Positions 1 through 31,604 of a stretch of 64,000 nt of DNA are shown here, in pieces; position 1 is the first letter of the stretch; each line of letters begins with the position of its first letter. Source of the stretch: the human T2T-CHM13v2.0 reference genome, Homo sapiens; assembly GCF_009914755.1 (NCBI RefSeq), contig NC_060945.1. One strand, 5' to 3'. A program made the translations under genes and the position numbers. The notes beneath the pieces are model-generated. The model ran no database searches and was not told where the DNA came from. It was given only the letters and a program-made list of their open reading frames with translations.

Positions 1-729
<729 letters not shown>

Positions 730-777
730 ACCCTTCTCTTCTCTGGACCTCCATTTCCTCCTCTGGGGCATCCATAG

Positions 778-938
778 GCAGAGCCAACTACATAATTTGC
801 AGGGCCTGATACAAAATCGAAACGTGGAGCCCTTTGTTCAAAATGTACTCAAAATTTGGAGGCAGCAGCAGCACAGCATTAAACCAACTGTGGGGACCTG
901 TGCAACCATGGAGGTCACATGCCCATGAAGCTGGCTCT
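778..938. mobile_element. MER91-like hAT fragment
   Basis: ACATAATTTGCAGGGCC...CACATGCCCATGAAGCTGGCTCT; a related antisense copy lies at 24783-24935. Confidence 0.55.
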
Positions 939-1507
939 AATAAATTAGATCAGGATTTTCAGAAGGTGTTCTGTAAACTCCAGATATTCCAAAAACAAAA
1001 GATTCCTTATTCTCATCTCTAGGAAGTGGGGCACATTTCCCCATCCCTTCATTGAAGATTCAAAATGCGCGTGAACTGCTCCAGAAAGCCCTGCTTGAAA
1101 GCAAGAAACGTGTGTGCCTTCATTTCAACCAGTTTCTCAAATGTATTTGACCATAGCAACATTTTTTCCCCAATTCTCCATATTAATACCCCATATAACC
1201 CATTTTGCAAAATGCTTGAAGTCGATGGTCTTGAGGTCCCTGGAGCTAGAAAAGGCATTAGCAGTCACCCACAGCAGCCCCTCCTGCCCTGAGATTGGAT
1301 GCTCACAAATCTGCTCTTCTTGGCCTTGATGATGACAGTGGTCTCTTTCTTCCAGATTTGATGAGTGTGGGGCATGGGAGGAGATTACTGGGGTTGCAAA
1401 ACCTGCAGCAGGTTCTCAAAGATGACATATCAACTCCCCTAAATGCCCCTCCACTCAGGCACCATGAAAGCCTTTGTTTTAATACACTCAAAATGTTGCC
1501 TCTTCAC

Positions 1508-1815
1508 GGCCGGGCACAGTGGCTTATGCCTATAATCCCAGCACTTCGGGAGGCTAAGGCGGGTGGATCATGAGGTCAAGAGATCGAGACCATCCTGACC
1601 AACATAGTGAAACCCTGTCTCTACTAAAAATACAAAAAAAAAATCAGCTGGGCGTGGTGGTGCATGCCTGTAGTCCCAGCTACTCAGGAGGCTGAGGCAG
1701 GAGAATCACTTAAACCCGGGAGGCAGAGGTTGCAGTGAGCCGAGATCACGCCACTGCACTCCAGCCTGGGTTACAGAGTTAGACTCCGTCTCAAAAAAAA
1801 AAAAAAAAAAAAAAA
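1508..1815 (+). mobile_element. AluS
   Basis: Full Alu; TSD-like gtt(g/a)cctcttcac. Confidence 0.93.
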
Positions 1816-2169
1816 GTTACCTCTTCACTAATTTCTAATCTCCCCAGAAAATTTGTAAGGGGGTTTTGATACCATATGTAGGACAGGAATAAATACAATG
1901 TTTATAGAACTCTTGCATCTCAGATCATTGTATTCAATTCAAAGTGTGTAATTTTATTTGGGGAGGATTTATGCTGAGAACTATCAGTATCCCAGCGCCT
2001 TTGATCAGGAACCCAGGAACTCCTAAAGTGTAGACCATTATCCCCTATAGAGATTAGTTAACTTTCAATCTGGGTAAGAAGAATAAAGTTTTTTTGCAAA
2101 AGAAAGCCCAAATGCCATCTTTTTCCTTCTCCATAAACACTAGGATAAGAAGAGACTTATAAGTAGAAG

Positions 2170-2330
2170 CTTGAGGTTGAATCTCATCTCTATCTTTGTT
2201 GCACTGAACTAATCACTACATCCCCTCTCTGCCTTTGTTTTCTCATCTGTAAAGTGGGAATAATAATAGTAGCAAAGATTCTTCTAGCAATAAGATAAAT
2301 GCATGAGAAAGCTGTCTAAAAATTGAACTG
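2170..2330. mobile_element. MIR fragment
   Basis: TTTCTCATCTGTAAAGTGGGAATAATAATAGTA core. Confidence 0.65.
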
Positions 2331-2459
2331 TAGCAAGCATGGCTAAAGCACTTCTTACCTATTACAAATGTCTAGAGCCAAATTTCCACAGTACGGCATG
2401 GACAGATGATTTTAAAATCAGAAAGAAAAAAACAGTTATAAAAATACTTAGTGAGATTT

Positions 2460-2768
2460 GGCCAGGCATGGTGGCTCACACCTGTAATCCCAGCACTCTG
2501 GGAGGCCAAGGCGGGCAGATCACAACGTCAGGAGATCCAGACCATCCTGGCCAACATGGTGAAACCCCGTCTCTACTAAAAATGCAAAAATTAGCCAGGT
2601 GTGGTGGCAAATGCCTGTAATCCCAGCTACTTGGGAGGCTGAGGCAGGAGAATCGCTTGAACCCAGAGGCGGAGGTTGCAGTGAGCTGAGATCGTGCCAC
2701 TGCACTCCAGCCTGGGTGACAGAGCGAGACTCCGTCTCAAAAAATAAATAAATAAATAAAAATAAATA
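2460..2768 (+). mobile_element. AluS
   Basis: Full Alu, TSD aaatacttagtgaga. Confidence 0.93.
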
Positions 2769-3059
2769 CTTAGTGAGAGTCTCCCTCACTGGTCACTTTG
2801 CTTGGGGGTTCAAATTATAACCCAAAGCTATGGAATATGCTTACTTGGGAGATTCTTACAGCTCCTATACATCAATCTTTTTGAAACATATCAAGGGTCC
2901 TTAGAAATCTGATCTGGTGTGACTCTCAGAGCACTCTGATGACACCTGCTGGCTAGGCATGGTGTGACAAGTGTGTTCTAGTCTGGACAGACGGAGATGG
3001 TCTGGAACCCCTGAGTGGAGTACCTGGGAAGCTGAGGCTGGAGAGAAATCCTGACCTTC

Positions 3060-3675
3060 AATCTTGCTGTGCAAAGTGTGGTCCTAGGGCCTGCAGTATC
3101 GGGATCACTAGGAGCTTGTAAATGTGGGATCAGACTCTACATTTTTTTTTTTAGAGACCGGGTCTTGCTGTGTTACCCAGGCTGGTCTCAAACTCCTAAG
3201 CTCAAGCAATCCTCCTGCCTCAGCCTCCTGAGTTGCTGGGAATACAGGCACTGGCTCAGACTCTACATTTTCATGAGATCCTCCAAGTGATTCGTGTGTG
3301 CTTTAGCGTGAAAGAAACATGTTCTAGTGTTCTAGAGGACTTAATCTAGTGACTAAGCGTCTATGTCAAAGAAAAAAATTTTTTCTTTTTTTGAGACAAG
3401 AATCTCACTCTGTCACCCAGACGGTAGTGTTATTGTGTCATCCCAGTTCACTACAACCTCCACCTCCCAGGCTCAAGCGATCTGCCCACCTCAGCCTACC
3501 AAGTAGCTGGGACCACAGGCACGAGCCACCACGCCTGGCTAATTTTTGTATTTTTTGTAGAGACAAGGTTTCACCATGTTACCCAGACTGGTCTTGAACT
3601 CCTGAGCTCAAGCAATCCACCCACATCAGCCTCCTGAAGTGCTGGGATTACAGGCATGAGCCATTGTGCCTGGCT
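3060..3675 (-). mobile_element. MER5A-like fragment interrupted by a FLAM (3141-3257), followed by AluJ (3376-3675)
   Basis: CAAAGTGTGGTCC...CAAGTGATTC MER5A motifs; antisense Alu motifs. Confidence 0.75.
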
Positions 3676-4038
3676 GAAAAAAAAATTTTAGCTCCACATA
3701 GGGCTAGCAACTCACAGAAAGCTTGGCACTTCTGCTGTTTCTGGTCCAAGCCTTTCGTTACACCAGTGCATAAACAGGCCCATTGCCCCACAACAGTTTT
3801 TCTTATTTTCATTTTTATCCTGTTTTCTACTTATTCTATTGAAGACATTTTTCCTCCCAGAGGAATATTCCTACAATTCTGTAACAAAATGATAGGAAAA
3901 CAGGATTCCCATTACAGAAAATTTGCTTTAAGATCGTATTTTTCAAAATACAAAGGTTTCTTAGAAGTGTTTTTGTGCTTTTTTTAAATGTTCTGTGTAC
4001 TGGTCATACCTACAAATAACAAATAATAATAATAGCAC

Positions 4039-4350
4039 GGCCAGGCGCAGTGGCTCACTCCTGTAATCCTAACACTTTGGGAGGCCGAGGCAGGTGGATC
4101 ACGAAGTCAGGAGTTTGAGACCAGCCTGGCCAACAGTGAAACCCCATCTCTACTAAAAATACAAAAATTAGTTGGGCATGGTGGCACGCACCTGTAGTCC
4201 CAGCTACTCAGGAGGCTGAGGCAAGAGAATCACTTGAACCCGGGAGGCGGAGGTTGCAGTGAGCTGAATTTGCACCACTGTACTCCTGTCTGGGCCACAG
4301 AGCGAGAATCCATCTCAATAATAATAATAACAATAACAATAATAATAATA
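4039..4350 (+). mobile_element. AluS with (AAT)n tail
   Basis: TSD aataataa(t/c)agcac. Confidence 0.92.
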
Positions 4351-4877
4351 ACAGCACAAGGGAAGCAGGACTGGTGCTCTCCCCACAAACACCTGATACA
4401 TTCATTTCTGTTGCCTTGTTTGTAATAGAAATAGAGTCTAGGTAATATAAGCAAAAAAGAAATAAACAAAGGAAATGTATTAGATGGATATGGTGGTGGC
4501 TTATAGAAAAACAGTACAAGCTGAACAACGACATCTCACAAAGGACAGGAAACGGTATTAGGTGTCCAGGAAGCTGGTGTTTCCAGGGCAACACCTTTGG
4601 GACAATTGTTTTCAGCCCTGCCTGTGTCACTGATCAGTATACAAATTCTGGGGATAGAGAGTCTGTTAGGCCTCACTTGGTTCATGTCCAGCCTTTGGAT
4701 AAAGAAGGGCAGGACATTCTGATTTCAGGACTCCCCAAAAGTGTATCTGCGGAGGAAGGCAGGGTTGAGCATCCATTCTGGTTGGTTGAATGTGGTCATG
4801 CCCAAGCATTCCAGTTGTTGCAGATTTTGACTATCACCCTGAGAGAGGGGTAAATCCCCAGAGGTGAGGTTTTCAAC

Positions 4878-5272
<395 letters not shown>

Positions 5273-5882
5273 TTATAGCCTATTTACTCTAAAGCCCATG
5301 TATTATTATTATTCCAAACCCATTGATTATTATTATTCCAAAACATATCTATTTTTAACTGTTTAAGCACATTATTGGAACATGCACTGAGAGCTTGATG
5401 GTCTTTGATTCTTCAAGGCAAATCAACTTTCTACCACGTCATCGGAATAAAACAGAAATTAAACAGTTGAAAGGGCCTCTACTCTCCCAAGACCTCTGGT
5501 GTCCACCCCCATCTAATATTCTTATGTATTCATAGGCGATGTTAAATAAATGGCAAGAATCTCCTATTTCTTTTTTACATAAGAAGAAAGACTGCATAGC
5601 TATGAAAAATACACTCTGTCACCAGAGCCACGCAAGAGATCTTTAGAGGAATAAATAGCCGCAGTCTCATAGCAACATTCAGATGAACAATGCTGAGAGC
5701 TGAAAGATGTTCTTCGGTTAGAAATTCATGCCTACAAAAGAATACCATCCACGAAGTTCCTCACTGTTAATTACAGATAGTAAAGCCAGTCCACAGGCAA
5801 TGGAAATGAGGGTCCATCATGCAGCCGGCTTCTTGGGAAGGACTGACCAATATCCTCAGAAAGCTAAAATGAATGAATATGC

Positions 5883-8011
<2,129 letters not shown>

Positions 8012-8389
8012 TCAAAAAAAACCTCACATTTGAAACTTTCCTTTAGGTTCCCCATCTCTGGCCCATGGACTTTGGGGGAGCAGGTCCAGGAAATAAGTCC
8101 TTTAATTGGAAGCCAGAAGTATAAGAAAAATGGATCCAGGAGTTTATCCTTTAAATACCAAATCCTTGATTGGGCCTCCTTCCACCAACTGTTCTTTCTT
8201 TATCTGAACAAAACAGCAGTGGTCGGTACCAAAAGGCACCGTCCACCGTGCTGGTCTATTTCTGTCCTGCATTGTCATTCTAAATGCTGAGACGATGGCT
8301 TATCAGGACCTTGGAGAGATCAACGCTATCCTGAGAGATTGAATTAAGGTATTGGTAAATGCCTGCCAAGATTGAATTAAGATTGGTAA

Positions 8390-8700
8390 ATACCTTGGTA
8401 GGCTAGAACAATGGATGAAATCTAACAATTGAAATTTAATCGGAAAAAAAAAGAAATTTAATCAGGATAAATGTACATTCTGGTCCACAGAATACCAAGT
8501 GCATAAAAAATAACTGATACTATGGAAAGAGGTTGTTGGTCTAGAATGTTCAGGTTACTACAATCTCAATCTGTGCCAATAGGATGACTTAGTGCCCCTA
8601 CTCAACTCAAACGTAGCATAGTGTGGGCTTTGATGAACAAAGCTGATCCAAGCAAGAGAAGAAAAATCCCCCCGTCCTTTGCTCAGGCCACATCTATGTC
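8390..8700 (+). mobile_element. L3/CR1 ORF2 3' fossil
   Basis: GGCTAGAACAATGG...TGAAATTTAATCAGGATAAATGTA...CTCAGGCCACATCT resembles the CR1 3' region. Confidence 0.5.
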
Positions 8701-8990
8701 ATTAGCATGACTTGAGTGTCAGGAAGGAAAGCCAGATAGACTCCAGTCAGGTGAGCGGTGGCCCTGCTGGATGGAGAGACCATGAAAAGAATACAAAATT
8801 CAGCCAGGGCCTGAAAAGGTGAATGAAGACAGCAGCAACCTTAATGCAGAATCTCAGCCACCAAAATCAGGTGCTAAAATTAAAAGGGGTTGAGAAAGAA
8901 TCACACAGGAATGTGAAAGAGTTGATGGGATGGAAGTGCCAGATGGCAGGACATTAAGGTATCTTAAAAGAGCTAAAAGAAAGGCAATCA

Positions 8991-10110
<1,120 letters not shown>

Positions 10111-10270
10111 CAAGGAAGGGGAAGCGAAGGGGAGGGGAAGGGGAGGGGAAGAGGAGGGAAGGGGAGGGAAGGGAAGGTTAGGTTCTGATGGTGAAGGGAA
10201 GGTTCTGATGGTTACTTCACCAAGCAAGAGAAGCTCTGGTTGCTGAAGAAGTTCCTACAGAGGGGGATCC

Positions 10271-12038
<1,768 letters not shown>

Positions 12039-12492
12039 GTCAGAATGATGGTTGGCCTTGGGGATGGAGGTGATTGCTGGATGAAAAGGCACAGCATGCA
12101 GTGGGGGAGCTTCTAGGATGATGGCAATGTCCTAAAATTTGATTTGGTCAGCAGTTACACAAGTGTGGACATATGTAAACGTAGCAAACTAGACATTTAA
12201 TATTAGCGCACTCTATGTAAGTTACAGTGCAACAAAAAAGCAATTAAAACTCTTGCGTGTGGGGAAAGATGACCCAGGATACAGAAAACCTAGGCTGCAA
12301 CTCAAGAAGTCCTGGGGGGTAGTTATTGTGCAGACAGCCTGAGGAGCAACCATTCTGCCCCCCCTCCCCCCACAGCAGGAGGATGGGGCGAGAAAAACTA
12401 GGTACCAATAATAAAGCAGGTGTAGTTGGCCATATGGAAAATAGTGTTCAGATGAGTTTTATAATTCAGCTGGAGAATTTGGCAAGAATTAG

Positions 12493-12637
12493 TAATGGCA
12501 GCTTAACCCACATCCAAACTAGTATCCTCAATTTTCTATATCTTCTCTGCCACATTTGGCAGAAGAAAAAGAGAGATACTTAGAAAAGATATAGAAAACT
12601 GAGGGTACTAGTTTGGATACAGGTTAAACTGCTATTA
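12493..12637. repeat. Inverted repeat: 56-bp arms (12493-12548 / 12582-12637), 33-nt loop
   Basis: 48/56 matches by manual alignment; all 8 mismatches are transitions. Confidence 0.92.
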
Positions 12638-12650
12638 AAAAACAGACTGG

Positions 12651-14306
<1,656 letters not shown>

Positions 14307-14509
14307 GTACGTAGAGAATTGAGTGCTCTAGAACCTGAAGAATCCCAGCAATCCAAATGATCTGATCTGATCCACTCTTTATGATGAGGTAAGGGCCTCA
14401 GAGAGGTCCCCCAACTAGATATCAGTGGAGCTGGGATTAGAACTGGGTCTCCTGACTTCCAAATTACCTCATTAAACAGGGATGCCAGGTTACAACTGGG
14501 ACTGGGGGC

Positions 14510-14705
14510 ACCTTTCTCATTGTATACATAAAACCATGAAAAATGTAAAACACAAGAATACATCAGCACACATTCATTGGCTGTCAGAACAAAAACATCA
14601 TCACGTTGGACAACCTCTGGAAAACTCCACTACACACTCATGAGTGAATGAGAGTGAAAAAAGCAAACACTGTCTTAGTATTGTTACCAAACAGTATTTG
14701 ACCTA
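14510..14705. mobile_element. MER119-like hAT-Charlie fragment
   Basis: CAAGAATACA..GCACACATTCATT...CTCTGGAAAACTCCACTACACACTC. Confidence 0.55.
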
Positions 14706-15461
14706 TTTGGAGCATGAAGGTACATAGTCCAGGGGCACCCATCTCTATGGAATAAAATGCAAGCGGCACCTCCTAGAGTTGTGCAGTGGCCCTGTGCCCA
14801 AACCTGGCATTCAAGCCATCCCCCAGGAGTAATCCTAAAAGCACATTCTTGAGGCTGACCTGGGTGGGTAATGGAGGCGGTGACTGAGAAAACATTGTTT
14901 CTCCAAATGCAGCCAAGTCGCCCCTATAGAACTCAACCCCCAGATCCTGGCTCAATCAACTCTGCTCTAAGGATCTCATTCTGCTAACAAAGGTCCAGAG
15001 AAGGAAGGAGTCACATGTTTCTCAGAGGATACGTGGATAACAAAAACAACACCATCCAGTTTGCCAAAACAAAGTCTCCCTGTGGCCCTGCTGTCACTTT
15101 CCAAGCTACAGACAAGTGCCTTTTTCCCCCTAACTCTCAACTCAGCATTGTGGGAACTAAACATCACAATCAGCTTCAGGAGCCTCACTGTTGCCATGGG
15201 TTACATGAATTCAAATCTAAGGATGGAACCAAAACAGGCCCTTAAATATCAGCCCTCGAGTGGGAGGTGAAATGAAGTGCTCTAACACCTTAAAGGAAAA
15301 CAGGAGACGCGTGGCAAGGGGTGGGTCCCGCTACAGCAGGATGGGTGGTTGCTGCCTGGAGCCTCGATTTGTTAACAGCTGCTAAAAATATTCTCTGTGT
15401 ATAGGGCTTGCAAGTCTTGGCGGATACCCAGAGAAATAAGAACGAATGTCTGAAACTAGAC

Positions 15462-17728
<2,267 letters not shown>

Positions 17729-18089
17729 ATATCTGGTTATCTTAAGCTCTGGGCTCAAACCATGGTGCTTCCACCAGTTACAAAGTTGGCTGCTTATAAT
17801 TATTAGAAAAAGTACTTAAGCAGTCAATGTGGTAAGGATTTGCTTCCTGTATATTTAATGTGGATTGCAGTCTTATCCCAAGAAAAGTTCCCTCTCCCTG
17901 CTTGTGTTCCTGAGGGCTTTGGGGATGGAAGAGAAAAGGGTAGGATTGATGTCAGCCCCATGGCACATCCCGGGAGCCCCCTCATCAGAGCATGTGATCT
18001 GGGATCCCAGAGGGAGCATGCTGCATATGGAGTCACAACTGTGCTTTGTTTATTGGCAGAAATGAAGTTTGAAAACAAATGGTTTATAG

Positions 18090-18630
18090 CAGGTGTCCCC
18101 ATCCCCTGGGCAGCAGCAGCGCCTGCCAGGTACCGTTCTGTGGCCTGTTAGGAACCAGGCCGCATGGCAGGAGGTAAGTCGTGGAACAGTGAGTGAAGCT
18201 TTATCTGTATTTACAGCCGCTCCTCATCGTTCGTATTACCATGTGAGCTCTGCCTCCTGTCAGATGAGCGGCAGCATTAGATTCCCATAGGAGCATGAAC
18301 CCTACTGTCAACTGCAAATGCAAGGCATAGATCTAGGTTGCACACTCCTTATGAGAACCTAATGCCTGATGATCTGTCACTGTCTCCCATGACCCCCAGA
18401 TGGGACCACCTAGTTTCAGGAAGACAAGCTCAGGGATCCCACTGATTCTACATTACGGTGGGTTGTATAATTATTTCATTATATATTACAGTGGAATCAC
18501 AATATAAATAAGGTGTACAATAAATGGAATGTGCTCAAATCATCCCAAAACCATCCCTCCCACCCCCATGTATGGAGAAATTGTCTCCCATGAAACTGGT
18601 CCCTGGTGCCTAAAAGGTTGGGGACCATTG
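18090..18630. mobile_element. MER1A (hAT-Charlie), near full length
   Basis: Termini CAGGTGTCCCC... / ...AAAAGGTTGGGGACCATTG; 8-bp TSD gtttatag/gtttaaac. Confidence 0.88.
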
Positions 18631-18836
18631 GTTTAAACATGATAAAAGAGAATCAAAGCACATCAGAGTGATCAAGAGGAAGTGAAATGATGGTTAGAGG
18701 GCAATTACAAGGGAGAAAGTGACATGCAAAGGAAACCCAAAGGCACCAGGGGCTTCAGTGTCAGGGTGCAGTCATGTGGATAGGAAAGTGCCTTGAACCC
18801 AAGTGGCTCCAGTGCAGATCCCAGAGCTGGCACTTA

Positions 18837-19532
<696 letters not shown>

Positions 19533-19574
19533 CATGGAACCCTTCGAGTCTGCATTACCTTCCATTCGAACAAG

Positions 19575-20085
19575 AATCGTGGCAGAAAAAACGTCCAACG
19601 GTGACCGCGACAACATCTCCCATCCACGGGCTCTTCTTACAAGGACACTTTAACTCTCCTCCTGCGGAGAGGTGAACTTGAATCTCAGGAAGAGTAGAAG
19701 TGATGCTGTGTGACTTCCACGTCTATAGAAGGCGGTACAGCTTGCATCCGGCTCCCTTGCCCGGGACATTCGTTCTTGGAACTTGCAATGCTGTGAGGAA
19801 GCTCAGTCCCGTGGAGGGGCCTCACGCAGGCGCACTGCAGACATCCCCGGCAGAGGGTGCAGCCGGCGGCAGCAGCAGCTGCAAGGCATGGAGGTGATGA
19901 ACCTCGGGATGGATCTGGCCCCAGCCACTGGGCCTCTCCTGTGCTCTAAGTCTTCCCAGCTCAGACATCATGGAGCAGAGACAAGCCCCTTCCAAACCCT
20001 GACCCAGAGAAGCCGTGAGCATCATAAAGCAGTTATGGCTTCCCACCACTGTGGTTTGAGTCATTTGTTATGCAGTCATAGATAA
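19575..20085 (+). mobile_element. MLT1E/F-type MaLR LTR, CpG-rich
   Basis: ...GCAATGCTGTGAGGAAGCTCAG...TGGAGCAGAGACAAGCC...TTTGTTATGCAG.CATAGATAA. Confidence 0.65.
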
Positions 20086-20116
20086 ATGGAACGAGTGTAA
20101 TAAAAACTACCTTGGA

Positions 20117-24569
<4,453 letters not shown>

Positions 24570-24782
24570 ATGGAGAGAGATAGAGAGAGAGGGAAAGGAA
24601 AAGAGAAGGGTTCCATCAGCAGCTGCAGCAGTCCTTGGTTACCTGCTCCTGGATTGCTTGTTACATGCTTAAGCCATTGTTTTTTGTGTTTCCTGCTGCT
24701 CACGGCTAGAAGCTATTCCAATGGACATATGTTAGATAAATCAATTTGTAGCAGGTTGAATGATTGAAACCAAGGGATTTAA

Positions 24783-25290
24783 TCAGAGCTGGTTTCATAG
24801 GGGTGTGACCAGTGCAGTCACACAGGGCCCCACATTCAGAAGGGCATATGCTTGACTTAAACCTCCACTGTCTCCACTTTGCCTGCATTTTCATTTTGCA
24901 CTGGGCCCTATAAATTATGTAGCCAGCCAGTCCTGGGTTTAATGAATCAGTAGGATCCTAAATGAAATTGGTAAATGATCAATAAGCTCTGTCCTCAAAG
25001 TTGACCATTCGACATTTTTATTAAAGTCACAGAAGAGGACATAGAAGACACTATCAGATTTGTAAGTAGCACAAAATTTGATAAATGGCCAGTTAGTTAG
25101 ATGACACATTTAATATTTTTTTAAAAATCTGAATAGTCAGGAAACTCAAATCTAAAAGAAGACATCTAACAAGAGATAAATGAGAACCCCTGTATTTGGA
25201 TTTATTGTTTTTTCAAACACAAGGGCAGAACAGTTCATGTGGAAGGAGCTTTGTTGTAGGGTCAGGGGGTTGGGGTCTTGCAATTGCAAC
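24783..25290. mobile_element. MER91-like (24783-24935) and L3/CR1-like fossil (~24960-25290)
   Basis: CAGAGCTGGTTTCATAGGGGTGTGACC...TAAATTATGTAGCC; CR1-like ATCAGATTTGTAAGTAGCACAAAA...GATAAATG. Confidence 0.5.
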
Positions 25291-25553
25291 ACTATGTGTC
25301 TCAAGTAAATCACTCCTTCTTTGGGTCACAATGCCTTCATTTGCATGCTAAGGGGTTTAGGTGGGTGATATAGGATCAGTCGCACGATTCTAAGTGAGCG
25401 ATTGCCCTGGATTTGTAAATCTTGCCATATAGTGATACTTGGTAATAATATTTCATGTAGGAAGGAGTCATGTATATATCGTCTTAAAACTTGGAGCTGG
25501 TTGGTATCAGGTGAGTGGGTTAGGATTGATACCCCCCGGCCTTTTACCCTAGT

Positions 25554-25590
<37 letters not shown>

Positions 25591-25833
25591 ACAATATTAA
25601 TGTGCATATAATAGTTATAACTGAAGATATCATATATATGATTTATAAGTCATTTTATTTTTATCACATTTTATTATAGTCACCCAGAATATACATTATC
25701 AAATAAAGGTTTGTATATAATACACTCCTAATGAGAAAAACTCATGTAATATTACCCTAACATTTATTGTTTAAAATTGATGTAATATTTTTCTAACATT
25801 CAAAAACCTGTTGGAATTTGGGTTGTCTTTTTG

Positions 25834-26957
<1,124 letters not shown>

Positions 26958-27278
26958 TAATTTTGCACTTAGATGATACTAGGGAAAACACACAAGCCTT
27001 GTTTTCGTAGGACAGCCTGGTCGAAAGAAAATGGATTTTGTAGTTCATCCCAAGTTCTAATTCCAGCGCAGCCACTTGCCGGGTGGTCTTGGGTGAATTA
27101 CTTAACCACCCTTAGCCTTTTTTTCTCTGCTGTAGAGTGACTAACAGAGCCTTCGAACAGGGTCTGGGTAGACTTGGGGGCGGTGGAGAGTATCTCGAAG
27201 ACTTTCCAAAGGCTTCGAAAGCACATGGGTGGTTTTAAGAGAAGCAGTGTGCAGATTCCCAACCTCCACTTTCTCCCT

Positions 27279-27630
27279 GATACGGTTTGGAACTGTGATC
27301 TCACCCAAATCTCCTGTCGAATGGTAATCCCCAGTGTTGAAGGTGGGCCTGGTGGGAGGCGATGGGATCTTGGGGGTGGATTTCTCATCAGTGGCTTAGC
27401 TCCATCCCCTTGGTGCTGTTCTCCTGACGGTGAGTGTGTCCTTGCGAGACCTGGTCGTTTAAAAGTGTGTGGCGCATCCTCCTTCGCTTTCTGTCTTGCT
27501 TCTGCCATGTAAGACGAGCCTGCTCCCCCTTTGCATCCACTATGAGTAAAAGTTTCCTGAGGCCTCCCCAGAAGCAGAAGCTGCCATGCTTCCTGTACGG
27601 CCTGCAGAACTGTGGGCCACTTAAGCCTCT
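27279..27630 (+). mobile_element. MSTB-type MaLR LTR (CpG-rich, 3' end cut by an Alu)
   Basis: TGATACGGTTTGG...CCCAGTGTTGAAGGTGGGCCTGGTGGGAGG...GGCCTCCCCAGAAGCAGAAGCTGCCATGCTTCCTGTAC. Confidence 0.82.
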
Positions 27631-27634
27631 TCTC

Positions 27635-30761
<3,127 letters not shown>

Positions 30762-31080
30762 ATAGTAAACACTGTAATATATTTTTGTTGTTTTAATCAA
30801 TTGTATACTACTGATTATAATTATAAATTCATTCAAATTAAAGGATCTTATAATTTTATAATCAAAGGAAATTGAAAATATTTAAATATACATATATAAT
30901 ATAAATGAATATTTGGCCAGGTGTGGTGGCTCGTGCCTGTAATCCCAGCACTTTGGGGGACAGATTACCTGATATAAGTCATGAATCCTGGTCTTTATTT
31001 AAGGTATGTTTTTTGGATGAATTCATGTAGGTAGAGTGCTTAGAATAATAACTAGTAAAAAGCAGGTACGTGTTAGCTGA

Positions 31081-31372
31081 TGTCTTAGGACAGCTTCTCC
31101 AGAAGCAGAGGCTGAGAGAGGGATTCTTGTTCCAGTGACTTACTGCAGGAGGATCTTGGGAGGAGGGGGTGAGGGAGCAGGCTGGGCAGGGGAGTGAGTT
31201 AACTGAGGAAGGCTGTGGTTTTAGCTGGAGACTGACTTCAGGCTGACCCCAGGGGGAGCCTGCACTGCAGAGGGGTTCCACTTCGAGGCAAGGGAGCCGG
31301 CCTTTTGCAAGCTGTGAGCTGCAGCTGACACTTGCTGCCCAAGTGACTAAGGCATCAACAGCATCTGCTACA
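31081..31372 (-). mobile_element. LTR16/LTR33-type ERVL LTR fragment
   Basis: TGTCTTAGG...TTCTCCAGAAGCAGAGGCTGAGA...GGATTCTTG. Confidence 0.5.
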
Positions 31373-31604
31373 GCTCATATAATTTTTTACTGGGGATGTG
31401 GAAATGAAGAGAAATAAGGAAGAGTTCCTGTATTCCATGTAGAAAGCTTATTTTCACTTGGGCATAAAAGGAGCAAATGATGCAATTACAGACTATTCGC
31501 CTATGGAGTGCTGCTGACCATCAAGACAGAAAGGCTCAGAGAGAAGAGGGCCCACCAGGCCAGCTCAAGGGCCTGGAGAAGGTGCTGGAAAAAATTACTC
31601 TTGG

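Noticed and set aside
1049-1491. Non-repeat ORFs as possible exons
   Set aside because: No recognisable protein similarity or convincing splice structure.
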